Below are positions 39,267 to 49,109 of a stretch of 64,000 nucleotides of DNA, piece after piece. Position 1 is the stretch's first letter. The number at the start of each line of letters is the position of its first letter. Position numbers and translations under genes: made by a program. This DNA comes from an uncultured SAR86 cluster bacterium (GTDB lineage Bacteria > Pseudomonadota > Gammaproteobacteria > Magnimaribacterales > D2472): positions 7,645 through 71,644 of the forward strand of contig CABYNW010000003.1 of assembly GCA_902520495.1 (NCBI GenBank), read 5' to 3'. The notes beneath the pieces are model-generated. The model saw only the letters and a list, made by a program, of their open reading frames with translations, was not told the DNA's origin and did no database searches.

Positions 39267-40918
39267 AGCCTATAGACTCCATAGCCTGGTGCACCCTCAA
39301 TATTTCTTCCATTCACAAGCGATAAACAAATTCCTAATACTGTTCTAGTATCTCTAGGATCAATAATGCCATCATCACTTATTGCTCCAGTTGCTCTTAA
39401 AGCAAGGGATCCTTCCTCTTGCCATTTCTCTGCAAAAGCTACCATTTGAGCATCCTCTTTCTCATCAAATTTCTCTCCTTTTCTAGCAGCCCTTGCTCTT
39501 CTTACAATTGACATAACACCAGCAATTTGTTTTGGTCCCATGACTGCAATTTTCGCAGTTGGCCATAGGAAGGTAAATTTATTATCAAATGCTCTTCCTG
39601 ACATCGCATATGTTCCAGCCCCGTAACTTGCTCCTAAGATTATTGTTATGTGAGGAACTGTCGAATTTGATACTGAGTTTAAAAATTGAGCACCTTTTTT
39701 AATTTGACCATCTCTTTCATAATCCTTCCCAACTACAAAACCTGTTATATTCTGTAAGAAAATAATTGGAATATCTATTTGATTACAAAGTTGAACAAAA
39801 TGAGCTCCTTTAGATGCAGTATCGGGAAATATAGGACCATTATTACCAATTATGCCAATTGTATAGCCATGAATAGAGGCAAAGCCACATACCATTGTTG
39901 GGCCGAATAAAGGTTTAAATTCTTCAAATCTAGAACCATCAGTTATTCTTCCAATGACCTCTCTTACATCAAATGGCTTCTTAAGATCTGAATCAACTAA
40001 GCCCAATAAATCTTCTGAATCAAGAATTGGATTGTCTGGAGCTAGTTTTGGTTTTTTTCCTTCCTTTCTCCAATTTAAATGAGAAACGACTTCTCTCCCT
40101 ATTCTCAGGGCATCCATCTCATCTTCAGCTAAATAGTCAGCTAGGCCAGAAACTTCTGCATGCATTTGACCGCCTCCCAAGCTTTCATCATCTGACTCTT
40201 CGCCAGTAGCCATTTTTACCAATGGTGGCCCACCCAAAAACACTTTTGACTGTTTTTTTATAAATATATTGTAATCTGACATGCCTGGTTGATAAGCTCC
40301 TCCGGCGGTAGATGATCCAAATACTAGAGATATTGTGGGTATTCTTAACTTAGATAATTCAGTAACATCATAAAAAGTCCTTCCTGATTCAGCAAAATGT
40401 CCTGCTCCTAAGATTGAACCTCTTGCAGCATCTTTCCCCTTTCCTCCACCCATTCTAAGATCTCCGCCAGATGACTCCACAAATTGCACATATGGTATTT
40501 TGTTCACTCTTGCTATTTCCATGGCGCGTGTCCATTTTTTTGCAGAATAAGTGTGCATTGCTCCAGCTAGAACTGTTGGATCGTTTCCAAAAATTACGCA
40601 TTCTGTACCAGCAACAATACCAACACCTGCAACTGCTCCTCCTCCCACTGGATAATCAGATCCATATGCGGCTAATGAACTTATTTCTAGAAAAGGTGAG
40701 TCAGGGTCTATAAAATTTGCAATCCTGCTTCTTATTGACATTTTACCTCTTGAGGCAAGTCTTTCATGATGATGCATTCCACCACCTAGTTCTGCAAAGT
40801 CGAGCAAGTCCTCTATCTCACTAAGTTTCTCAAGCATATCGTTTTTATTTTTTTGATATTCTTTAGACTTCGTATTTATATTACTTTTAATTGTTTGCGC
40901 TATATTTCTTTGCTTCAT
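39263..40918 (-). CDS. Acyl-CoA carboxylase beta (carboxyltransferase) subunit (AtuC/MccB-like)
   Basis: GSSTAGGAY, FLGGPPLVKMATGE, FLQNITGF, SYGAGTYAM, DDGIIDPRDTR. Confidence 0.93.
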   Translation of the reverse strand: MKQRNIAQTIKSNINTKSKEYQKNKNDMLEKLSEIEDLLDFAELGGGMHHHERLASRGKMSIRSRIANFIDPDSPFLEISSLAAYGSDYPVGGGAVAGVGIVAGTECVIFGNDPTVLAGAMHTYSAKKWTRAMEIARVNKIPYVQFVESSGGDLRMGGGKGKDAARGSILGAGHFAESGRTFYDVTELSKLRIPTISLVFGSSTAGGAYQPGMSDYNIFIKKQSKVFLGGPPLVKMATGEESDDESLGGGQMHAEVSGLADYLAEDEMDALRIGREVVSHLNWRKEGKKPKLAPDNPILDSEDLLGLVDSDLKKPFDVREVIGRITDGSRFEEFKPLFGPTMVCGFASIHGYTIGIIGNNGPIFPDTASKGAHFVQLCNQIDIPIIFLQNITGFVVGKDYERDGQIKKGAQFLNSVSNSTVPHITIILGASYGAGTYAMSGRAFDNKFTFLWPTAKIAVMGPKQIAGVMSIVRRARAARKGEKFDEKEDAQMVAFAEKWQEEGSLALRATGAISDDGIIDPRDTRTVLGICLSLVNGRNIEGAPGYGVYRL

Positions 40919-40936
40919 AATAAAATTTATTTTTTA

Positions 40937-40964
40937 TGGTAATATTATACATCTAATATTACCA
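40937..40964. promoter_or_regulatory. Perfect 11+11-bp inverted repeat, probable repressor operator of the Atu-like operon
   Basis: TGGTAATATTA-TACATC-TAATATTACCA, 18 bp upstream of the carboxyltransferase start codon. Confidence 0.65.
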
Positions 40965-41005
40965 ATTATAAAGATAATTAAAAATATAGAAAAATAATTT
41001 TTTTT

Positions 41006-42700
41006 CTAAGCCGTTTTCTGCTCCTTTAAGCCAAGTTCCTCAATACTAATTTCTCTCATCTTATATTTTTGAACTTTTCCAGTTACAGTCATTGGAAAAT
41101 CATCTACAAATCTAATATATCTTGGCACTTTATAGTGAGCTATCTTGCCTTTACAAAATTCTTTTATATCTTCTTCAGAGGTATTTTTCCCTTCTTTTAA
41201 ACTAATCCATGCAATTATTTCTTCGCCATATTTAGGATCAGGCACACCAGTTACTTGAACTGCTTCTATATCTTGATGAGTCATTAAATAGTCTTCTATT
41301 TCTACTGGATAAACATTTTCTCCTCCACGTACTATCATATCTTTAATACGTCCTACAATATTTACATAGCCGTCCTCATCCATAACAGCACTATCTCCTG
41401 TATGCATCCAGCCATTTGAATCTATTGCATTGGCAGTACCTTCAGGATTTTCCCAATAACCTAACATAACGGAATAGCCCCTTGTACATAATTCACCAGT
41501 TTCTCCAATAGGGCATGTTTTCCCAGATTCTGAATCAATAATTTTTACTTGTACATGAGGATGAACACTCCCAACTGTGCTTACTCGTTTCTCCATTGGA
41601 GAATCAATTTTTGTTTGAAAACTTACAGGACTTGTTTCTGTCATTCCATATGCTATTTCAACATCTTTCATATGCATTAATTCAACAACCTGTTTCATTG
41701 TTTCGATTGGACAGGGTGAGCCAGCCATCAGACCAGTTCTCAAAGTTTTCAGGTTATATTCTTCAAAATTAGGCAATGCAAGTTCTGCAATGAACATTGT
41801 TGGGACACCATATAAAGCAGAAGCCTGTTCATCCTGAACTGCTTTTAATGCAGCATCAGGTTCAAAGCCTTCACTAGGATAAATTGCACAAGCACCATGA
41901 GTAAGACATGCAAGATTAGCTAAGACCATTCCAAAACAATGATAAAGAGGTACGGGAACTACAAGCCTATCCTTTTCTGTAAAATTCATAGTTACTCCAG
42001 TAAAGTAACCATTATTAAGAATATTATGATGACTTAAAGTTGCTCCTTTTGGAAATCCGGTTGTTCCACTTGTATATTGAATGTTAATTGCATCATCTAT
42101 ATCTTGATTATCTGTTCGGTCTTGTAATTTTTTATCATTAATTTCTTTCCCTAAAGTTATAAAATCTTTCCAATTATAAATACCCTTTATCTTAGATGAG
42201 GTCATTGAGATAATTGTTGTTAAATTCTTAAATTTACTTGATTGAATTTGACCTTGTATGGCATCTTTTATTTCAGGCATAATTTCACAAATCATTGATT
42301 CATAATCTGAAGTTTTAAATTGATTTTGGAAAACTAGACCTTTGCAGCCTGATTGACCCAAAACATATTCTAATTCATGAGAGCGATATGCAGGGTTTAT
42401 AGTGACTAAAATAACACCTGCCTTAGCTGCTGCATATTGTGTCAATAACCACTCTGCATTATTAGAAGACCAAATTCCGATTCGATCACCTTTTTTCAGA
42501 CCAGCGCTTATTAAAGCTTTTGCCAATTCATTAACTTTTATAGCTAATTCAGCATATGTAAATCTAATATTTTGATGAACAGAAATCAGCGCCTCTCTAT
42601 CAGAGAACTTATTAGAAATATTATTAAATACTTGACCTATAGTATTTCCCAGTAAGGGCCTGTCAGATGCACCACTTGCATAACTTAATTTATTAGACAT
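41006..42700 (-). CDS. AMP-binding acyl-CoA synthetase (ACSF2/YngI-like)
   Basis: [52 protein letters not shown]. Confidence 0.92.
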   Translation of the reverse strand: MSNKLSYASGASDRPLLGNTIGQVFNNISNKFSDREALISVHQNIRFTYAELAIKVNELAKALISAGLKKGDRIGIWSSNNAEWLLTQYAAAKAGVILVTINPAYRSHELEYVLGQSGCKGLVFQNQFKTSDYESMICEIMPEIKDAIQGQIQSSKFKNLTTIISMTSSKIKGIYNWKDFITLGKEINDKKLQDRTDNQDIDDAINIQYTSGTTGFPKGATLSHHNILNNGYFTGVTMNFTEKDRLVVPVPLYHCFGMVLANLACLTHGACAIYPSEGFEPDAALKAVQDEQASALYGVPTMFIAELALPNFEEYNLKTLRTGLMAGSPCPIETMKQVVELMHMKDVEIAYGMTETSPVSFQTKIDSPMEKRVSTVGSVHPHVQVKIIDSESGKTCPIGETGELCTRGYSVMLGYWENPEGTANAIDSNGWMHTGDSAVMDEDGYVNIVGRIKDMIVRGGENVYPVEIEDYLMTHQDIEAVQVTGVPDPKYGEEIIAWISLKEGKNTSEEDIKEFCKGKIAHYKVPRYIRFVDDFPMTVTGKVQKYKMREISIEELGLKEQKTA

Positions 42701-43994
42701 TCTTCATTTCTCCAAAATAATTTATTCCCTTTAGCATAAAGAAGATTCCGATGGGACCAATTAAAACAGATACTAAGGCTAAAGATTTAGCTATAGCAGT
42801 AGGATCTTGAAATATAAAATCTGTACTAGATGCTACTAAAAAAGGACCTAAAACCAATCCAAAAACACTAGTTACAACTACATAAATACCAGTTATAACT
42901 CCTCTTATTCTGTTTGGAGAGACTATTACCATGGCGCTTGATGTTCCTGCTAATGGTAGAGTTACAAAAAAACTAGCAAGCGTCACAAATATTAAAGCAA
43001 TATTAACATTTGGTTGAAAAGGTAACATAATCAAACTTAAAGATGCCATTGAAATACCAAAAATTGCTAACTTAAAATGTGGCGCTCTAATTTTATTATT
43101 AGACATTAACCTTAATACAATAGGGCCTGACAAAACCCCTGCAGAGCCAGCCAACATTGCTATTAATCCATATACCCGTCCTGATTGAATTAAATCCCAT
43201 TCATACACTCTAAGCAACATAGTAGGGACCCATGATTGAAGTCCATAAAGCAGAATTATTAAACATGAATTTCCTATAATAATTGCACCATAGACTTGCC
43301 AATTTTTTTGAATAAATTCAGCAATCTTTTTAAATGAGGGAACTTCTTTTGAATCTATCTCTGGAATTTTACGCTTTGGCTCTTTAATTGTTAAAAATAA
43401 ACAAACTACAAGAATTCCTGGTAAACCAACTGCAATAAATGTTAGTTGCCATGGAGCAACCTCTCCAATTAAAGGCAGAACTAAATTACTATCCATTTGA
43501 GAAGTCCAATCAAGCACTTGAGCTCCAAATATCATCGCAATTCCGGCTCCTAGGTATGGACCTAAAAGATAAATACTCATAGGATATGCAATTTTATCTG
43601 AATCAAAATAATCACCTAAAATAGAAATTGAACCTGGATGTACGGTTGACTCACCTGCGCCAATACCCATTCTGGCAATAAACATACTGACATAATTCTT
43701 AGAAAATCCACATGCTATTGTTGCTACACTCCATACCAATAGACCAACAATCATTACAGTAATCCTATGAGACTTATCTACTAGCCTTCCTATTGGAATA
43801 CATAATCCTACATAAGTTAAAACAAAAGCTAATCCTTGCAATGCACTTATTTGGGTATCTGTGATATTTAAATCATTTTGTATTGGAACAACTAATAAAT
43901 TTAAAACTTGACGATCAATAAAAGAAAATGTGAAACCAATTAATAAAATAAAGGCTACATACCAGCCGTAAATATTATATGTTTTGCTATGCAT
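42693..43994 (-). CDS. MFS transporter (spinster/ACS-like)
   Basis: [20 protein letters not shown] motif [11 protein letters not shown]; about 12 TM segments. Confidence 0.9.
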   Translation of the reverse strand: MHSKTYNIYGWYVAFILLIGFTFSFIDRQVLNLLVVPIQNDLNITDTQISALQGLAFVLTYVGLCIPIGRLVDKSHRITVMIVGLLVWSVATIACGFSKNYVSMFIARMGIGAGESTVHPGSISILGDYFDSDKIAYPMSIYLLGPYLGAGIAMIFGAQVLDWTSQMDSNLVLPLIGEVAPWQLTFIAVGLPGILVVCLFLTIKEPKRKIPEIDSKEVPSFKKIAEFIQKNWQVYGAIIIGNSCLIILLYGLQSWVPTMLLRVYEWDLIQSGRVYGLIAMLAGSAGVLSGPIVLRLMSNNKIRAPHFKLAIFGISMASLSLIMLPFQPNVNIALIFVTLASFFVTLPLAGTSSAMVIVSPNRIRGVITGIYVVVTSVFGLVLGPFLVASSTDFIFQDPTAIAKSLALVSVLIGPIGIFFMLKGINYFGEMKNV

Positions 43995-44005
43995 ATATAG
44001 ACTGA

Positions 44006-44854
44006 TTATTTTTTAAGATCATCAAAAATCTCTGGAAGCTCTTGATCACCATGCCCATGATTTTTTATATCACTTGTCATCATGGCATACATTTCACTTG
44101 TTACATGATGAGAAAAATCATCAGTAAAAATTCGTTTCCAGTATCTTCTGGCTACTGCTGCTGTTACTCTTCGAGTAACACGATCCACTTTCATCATATC
44201 GCCTGCAAGTTCCCATGCTCTATCAAGAAGTTTGTCTTTCGAATGTACTTCATTAACAACACCCCATTCTAAAGCCTGCTTTGCATCAAATGATTCTGCA
44301 GTATACATAAACCAGTTAGCTCTTTTTAATCCAAGTAACTTTTGAAAAACTAAAAATTGCCCATCTCCTGGTACCAACCCAACTTTAAGATGACCTTCAA
44401 AAAATTTTGTGGTGTCTGCACATAGGGTAATATCACATAAAAGTGGGAATTCAGTATGAAATCCAGGACCATTTATAACTGAAATAATTGGAACGTCAAT
44501 ATTCCATAACAAGTTTTCACATAATTTATGAGCATCTAGATATTCCCAGTCATAGTTTTCTTTTCTAAATGTTTTATTATTTTTTTCTATCTCAGCCCAA
44601 CTTTCTTTATCAAATTCTCTTAACCAGAAATCTCCTGTTCCGGTAAGAATTATCACTTCATTTTTTCTATCTGCGCCTATGATAGGAAATATTTGAGGAA
44701 GAGCTCTATGTAATTCTTTACTCCATTTAGCTTCTTTGCCATCTGTATGCATTCTTATTTCTAAAATACCTTTTTCACGCTTAAACGCAAAAAAGTCTTT
44801 AAAAAGTTCTTGATATTCCTCCAATTGCATATCGTTAACTGTATTTAAAGGCAT
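44006..44854 (-). CDS. Crotonase-superfamily beta-diketone hydrolase, 6-oxocamphor hydrolase (CamK)-like
   Basis: MHTDGKEAKWSKELH, ILTGTG, NGPGFHTE, HLKVGLVPGDG, NEV..LLDRAWELA parallel OCH motifs as recalled, with the same W-x4-H and H-x8-D spacing; GGAG RBS. Confidence 0.8.
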   Translation of the reverse strand: MPLNTVNDMQLEEYQELFKDFFAFKREKGILEIRMHTDGKEAKWSKELHRALPQIFPIIGADRKNEVIILTGTGDFWLREFDKESWAEIEKNNKTFRKENYDWEYLDAHKLCENLLWNIDVPIISVINGPGFHTEFPLLCDITLCADTTKFFEGHLKVGLVPGDGQFLVFQKLLGLKRANWFMYTAESFDAKQALEWGVVNEVHSKDKLLDRAWELAGDMMKVDRVTRRVTAAVARRYWKRIFTDDFSHHVTSEMYAMMTSDIKNHGHGDQELPEIFDDLKK

Positions 44855-44882
44855 GTTATATCTCCAAAAAATTTTTATAAAC

Positions 44883-44896
44883 TGAGAACGGTCTCA
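44883..44896. promoter_or_regulatory. Palindromic operator-like site TGAGA-N4-TCTCA (site 1)
   Basis: TGAGA-ACGG-TCTCA between divergent hydrolase and TetR genes, adjacent to a TATAAT. Confidence 0.7.
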
Positions 44897-44953
44897 AATC
44901 ATACTATAATTTCTAATTTTAAAAAACAATAATTAAAGATAATATATCCAAAT

Positions 44954-45568
44954 ATGAATAAAAACTCAGTCAAAATTGCAGTTAAAGATAAAACTAGAGA
45001 AGATATTATTAATTCTGCAATAAAGGTTATAGCAAAATCTGGAAGAGATGCTGCTTCAATTCTTGAGATTACAAAAGTTGCAAAGGTGGCTAATGGAACT
45101 TTTTATTATCATTTTAAGAATAAAGAAGAATTGCTAGATACGATAGGTGAAAAAATTCTTATCGAAATAGTTGACTCATATGAAATAGATTGGTCTTCAG
45201 CAAAAGACAATCCAGCAGTATTGTTTGCTCATGCAACAAAAGTGAACTTAATTAAGTGCTCTCAAGACCCCTTATTATTAAAGGTAATAATTGATGCATT
45301 TCATATACGTGGTAAAGTTCCTGTGATTTTAAGGGGTTATAACAAGAGCTTGATTGCGCATATAGAATTTGGGATATCAAAGAAAAAATATGATATAAAA
45401 ATTGATGATAACTTGCTTGCAAATATGCAATCAATCAATCGAAATGCTTTGATAATGATATCTCAAGGAAAAAATATTGATAAAACAATACAGCAGGCTA
45501 TCGAGGCTAAATTAAGAATATTAGGAATTTCATCTAAAGAGGCAAGAAAAATTTCTATTGACTCATAA
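44954..45568 (+). CDS. TetR/AcrR-family regulator
   Basis: TREDIINSA, ASILEITKVAKVANGTFYYHFKNKEEL HTH. Confidence 0.92.
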   Translation: MNKNSVKIAVKDKTREDIINSAIKVIAKSGRDAASILEITKVAKVANGTFYYHFKNKEELLDTIGEKILIEIVDSYEIDWSSAKDNPAVLFAHATKVNLIKCSQDPLLLKVIIDAFHIRGKVPVILRGYNKSLIAHIEFGISKKKYDIKIDDNLLANMQSINRNALIMISQGKNIDKTIQQAIEAKLRILGISSKEARKISIDS

Positions 45569-45595
45569 AAAAGGGCTATCATAAATATAGCCCTT
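45567..45595 (-). terminator. Rho-independent terminator for TonB receptor (possibly bidirectional)
   Basis: AAGGGCTAT-N7-ATAGCCCTT stem preceded on + strand by an A-run (U-tract on minus strand), between convergent genes. Confidence 0.7.
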
Positions 45596-45632
45596 ATCAT
45601 TTATAAACTTTGCAGTCTAGGGGATACGCAGT

Positions 45633-47918
45633 TTAAAAATCTTTACTAAATTGAACAGCAATACTTCTGGTTCTATCAAGAATAGAGAATTGTCCAGTCT
45701 GATTTGTATAGTTTGTTTGCTGATTCCAATTACTTGTGTATTCGTCTGTTAAGTTTTTACCTAAGATAGAAATCTTCCAATCATCTTTAGAGAATTCAAC
45801 ACGAGCGTCAATTTTACTAAAACCATCCTCTTTACTATTTGGATCATAATCAGTGTTATGCCAGACATCATCTGTCCAGTAAATTGAAATGGATGATTTC
45901 CTCATCATTCCATTTGACATTTCGTTCTCAGATGTCAATGAAAATAGACCACTATTATCAGCTGCATATAACAAAGGAAGGCCTGTATAATCACAGCTTG
46001 ATGTTCCTGCAACTGGAGTTACACCAACAGCACAGGTACCACCAGTATAATCATCATAAGTTGCGTCTAATTTTGTAAAAGATAGATCTGCAATAACTGA
46101 ATCAGATAGAAGATAGCTAAGCTCTACTTCAAAACCTTTATTTGTGCTAGGTACATTTGAGATTGTATTATATGGAGCTCCTCCATCTGGGGGATATATA
46201 TATGAACTTAACTGATTGCCATCATATTTTGAATTAAAATAATTCATACTAGCTTTCATTTTTTCATTACTTGTTTTATATCCGATTTCATATGCATCTA
46301 CTCCTTCAGATTCATAAGCACCATTATTTGCTAGAGCAGTTCCTAGTGCTTCATAACCTCCGGCTTTAAAACCATCAGAGTAAGTAGCATAAAACATAGA
46401 ATTCTCATCTTTAAAATATTGCAGCATTAATGATGGAGTTGTTGCACTTTCTGAGTATGAATTTGCTTGAAGTGTTCCATCAGCAATTGATCCCTTATGA
46501 GTAAATTTAATATTAAAATCATCAAATGTATAACCAGTTCCATTTATACCCAATGTTGTAGTTGTTCTAATATAATCTTTTTCTACATCAGTGTGCCTCA
46601 CACCTGCTGTAAGATGAAGTTTTTCTGATATGTAAAATGTTCTAGTTGCAAAAATCGACATTGTTGTGTCATCAATTTCCATTGGTCTTATTAAGGCTAG
46701 GTTTGCTGTACCAATTCCAAGGGAAGCACCCCATTCAGCAACGTAGTACCTTCCAATATTCATAGTATTTGCTGTTTCAGTATTTTGATAGTAAAAACCT
46801 ATCATCCATTGACCGTTATCAGTCGCCTCACTTGTTAATCTTAGTTCTTGTGAAAACTGTTCTGATGTTTCGTCATGAAGCCAATGAAAGAAATCTCTAG
46901 AACTGTAATCAGATTCACCTGGTATTTCAGCATCAATTTTCTGATTTGAAGTAATTGATGTTAATTCACCCATTCCTATTGTTTTCTTAATTTCAAGTAC
47001 AATAGAGTCTGAATCTAAGTGACCAAACGCGCCCTCTGAGCCACTATATCTATCATCAAACAAACCTTCAAAATCAGGAGCACCTAAACCAAGTTTACAT
47101 GTGCTAATTATGAAAGTGATATCAGCACCACTTCCATCTGCCAGACAATTAGTTTGCTGCCAACCCATTCCAGAGGAAGTATCCAATCTCCCAAGGTCAA
47201 TTTTAAGCTTGGCCTCCATATCATCACTTGAATCCCAAACCAAAGTTGTTCTCATATTAAAACCATCTTTATTAGGATAGTTATCTCCAGCAGGATTTGT
47301 GTTCTTTAACCATCCATCCATTTCATGATATTGAAATGCAAATCTTGCTTTTAAGCCATCAGAAACTCTTCCACTTCTAATTGCAGCAATAGTTTTTTCA
47401 CCATGACTTCCAAAAGTAGCTGAAATACTAGACTCACTTTCATCTGTTGGAACTTTGGTTATAAAACTTAAAGCTCCACCAATAGCATTATTTCCAAAAT
47501 AAGTTGTTTGTGGACCTTTTAATATTTCAACTCTCTCCATATCAAGTAAAACACCAGCAGTAGTCCAAGATCTTCCTTGATAGACACCATCTACAAATTG
47601 ACCAACTGACTGGTCAAATGACTGATTTGGTCCAGCCCCAACACCACGCATATAGACTTTGTTACTAAAAGTGCCTTTACTAATATTTATTCCAGGTGTT
47701 CTATCTGAAATATCAAACATCGTCATGATATTATTTTCAGCCATGATTTCACCTGTAAGAATATCAATTGAGATAGGTGTATCTAGTTCACTTTGTTCTT
47801 TTAAAGTTGCAGTAACCACAACTTCTTCAATAGATTGTTGAGCATTTATAGTTGTAAAACTAAACATTAACGCTAAAGACATTAATCCATTAAAGAAATA
47901 GCTTTTATTTATCTTCAT
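45633..47918 (-). CDS. TonB-dependent outer-membrane receptor
   Basis: Signal peptide, EEVVVTA TonB box, RVEILKGPQTTYFGNNAIGG plug motif, GFKAGG, C-terminal Phe; GGGGG RBS favours ATG 47918. Confidence 0.94.
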   Translation of the reverse strand: MKINKSYFFNGLMSLALMFSFTTINAQQSIEEVVVTATLKEQSELDTPISIDILTGEIMAENNIMTMFDISDRTPGINISKGTFSNKVYMRGVGAGPNQSFDQSVGQFVDGVYQGRSWTTAGVLLDMERVEILKGPQTTYFGNNAIGGALSFITKVPTDESESSISATFGSHGEKTIAAIRSGRVSDGLKARFAFQYHEMDGWLKNTNPAGDNYPNKDGFNMRTTLVWDSSDDMEAKLKIDLGRLDTSSGMGWQQTNCLADGSGADITFIISTCKLGLGAPDFEGLFDDRYSGSEGAFGHLDSDSIVLEIKKTIGMGELTSITSNQKIDAEIPGESDYSSRDFFHWLHDETSEQFSQELRLTSEATDNGQWMIGFYYQNTETANTMNIGRYYVAEWGASLGIGTANLALIRPMEIDDTTMSIFATRTFYISEKLHLTAGVRHTDVEKDYIRTTTTLGINGTGYTFDDFNIKFTHKGSIADGTLQANSYSESATTPSLMLQYFKDENSMFYATYSDGFKAGGYEALGTALANNGAYESEGVDAYEIGYKTSNEKMKASMNYFNSKYDGNQLSSYIYPPDGGAPYNTISNVPSTNKGFEVELSYLLSDSVIADLSFTKLDATYDDYTGGTCAVGVTPVAGTSSCDYTGLPLLYAADNSGLFSLTSENEMSNGMMRKSSISIYWTDDVWHNTDYDPNSKEDGFSKIDARVEFSKDDWKISILGKNLTDEYTSNWNQQTNYTNQTGQFSILDRTRSIAVQFSKDF

Positions 47919-47972
47919 TTTTCCCCCCAAGAGAAATTTTTTATAATAATATATTTTTAATATTATTCTGAT

Positions 47973-48061
47973 TGAGACATAGCTTAACTCTGAGACATAT
48001 CTCAGTTTTAAAGGTATACTTTCATGAACTTTATGTCAACAAAAAACTGAGAAATGTCTCA
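47973..48061. promoter_or_regulatory. Three further copies of TGAGA-N4-TCTCA operator-like site
   Basis: 47973-47986 TGAGACATAGCTTA (2 mismatches), 47991-48004 TGAGACATATCTCA (perfect arms), 48048-48061 TGAGAAATGTCTCA (perfect arms, overlaps esterase ATG). Confidence 0.75.
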
Positions 48062-49091
48062 AATAATTAAATCTTATAAAAAGTTTCTTATTGGCAATTT
48101 TTTTAATATTCCTGTTTGGGTGCTAAGAATAATTTTTCCTCAAGTCAGGACTAAGATAAGAGAATCTAAAATTGATTTTCAATCGTATGCTTTTATAAAG
48201 TTAAATCCAAAAAGCACTCTACATACAATTAAAGAAAAAGATTTACCAAAAATTAGAAAGGTAATAGAGCACAATAAGATAACTAGCAAGCTATCTGTAA
48301 AATCTAAAGACTTAGTTGAAACAAAAGATCACTCTATATTTATAAAACATAAAAATGATCAAATGTTGCTAAGAGAATATATACCTAAGAATATAGGCTC
48401 AGACAAAATAATTTTATTTTTTCATGGCGGAGGCTGGACCATTGATTCGGTCAATACTTATGATGATATGGTTAAATATTTCTCTGATTATTTAAATATA
48501 AAAATATTTTCATTTGAATACAGTCTATCTCCTGAGGAAAAGTTTCCAAATGCTTTAAAGGAGGCTGAAGAAATATATAAGTGGCTTATTAATAGTGGAA
48601 CTCCATCAAACAAAATCAGCCTATCTGGTGACAGTGCTGGCGCTCATATGGTTGCATCCTTATCTTATAAATTAGCTAAACAGGGTTCAGAAATGCCTAA
48701 CAGCTTATTGATGATATATCCTCCTTGTGATCCACAATTTAAATCTGAGTCAATAAACCTTTTTAAGGATGAATATTTTTTATTACATTCTGACTTATCT
48801 TGGTTTTGGAATAAATTTAGAAAAAATCAGACCGATGAAGATAACCCAATGTTTAATCTTTTAAAATTTGACTTAACCATAGCATTTCCACCTACTATTT
48901 TAGTAACCGGAGGCTTTGATCCTATATGTGATGAAGGGACACAATACGCAAACCTATTAAAAAAACAAGGAACAAATATTAAAATATTAAATTATCCTAC
49001 TTTATTTCATAACTTTGCATTCATGACAAAGTTACATACTGCTAGAAAGGCTGTTAATAATTTTTTAGATGAATATAAAAAGATAGTCTAA
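48054..49091 (+). CDS. Alpha/beta hydrolase, HSL-family esterase/lipase
   Basis: HGGG oxyanion motif, PEEKFP, GDSAG nucleophile Ser, DPICDEG, HNF. Confidence 0.9.
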   Translation: MSQIIKSYKKFLIGNFFNIPVWVLRIIFPQVRTKIRESKIDFQSYAFIKLNPKSTLHTIKEKDLPKIRKVIEHNKITSKLSVKSKDLVETKDHSIFIKHKNDQMLLREYIPKNIGSDKIILFFHGGGWTIDSVNTYDDMVKYFSDYLNIKIFSFEYSLSPEEKFPNALKEAEEIYKWLINSGTPSNKISLSGDSAGAHMVASLSYKLAKQGSEMPNSLLMIYPPCDPQFKSESINLFKDEYFLLHSDLSWFWNKFRKNQTDEDNPMFNLLKFDLTIAFPPTILVTGGFDPICDEGTQYANLLKKQGTNIKILNYPTLFHNFAFMTKLHTARKAVNNFLDEYKKIV

Positions 49092-49109
49092 AATAGTCAT
49101 TAATTTAAT

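Noticed and set aside
44879-48064. 19/21-bp direct repeats flanking TetR+TBDR read as attL/attR or target-site duplication
   Set aside because: No integrase or transposase; the repeats are palindromic, extra copies occur internally in the opposite orientation, and all lie in promoter positions, so an operator reading fits better
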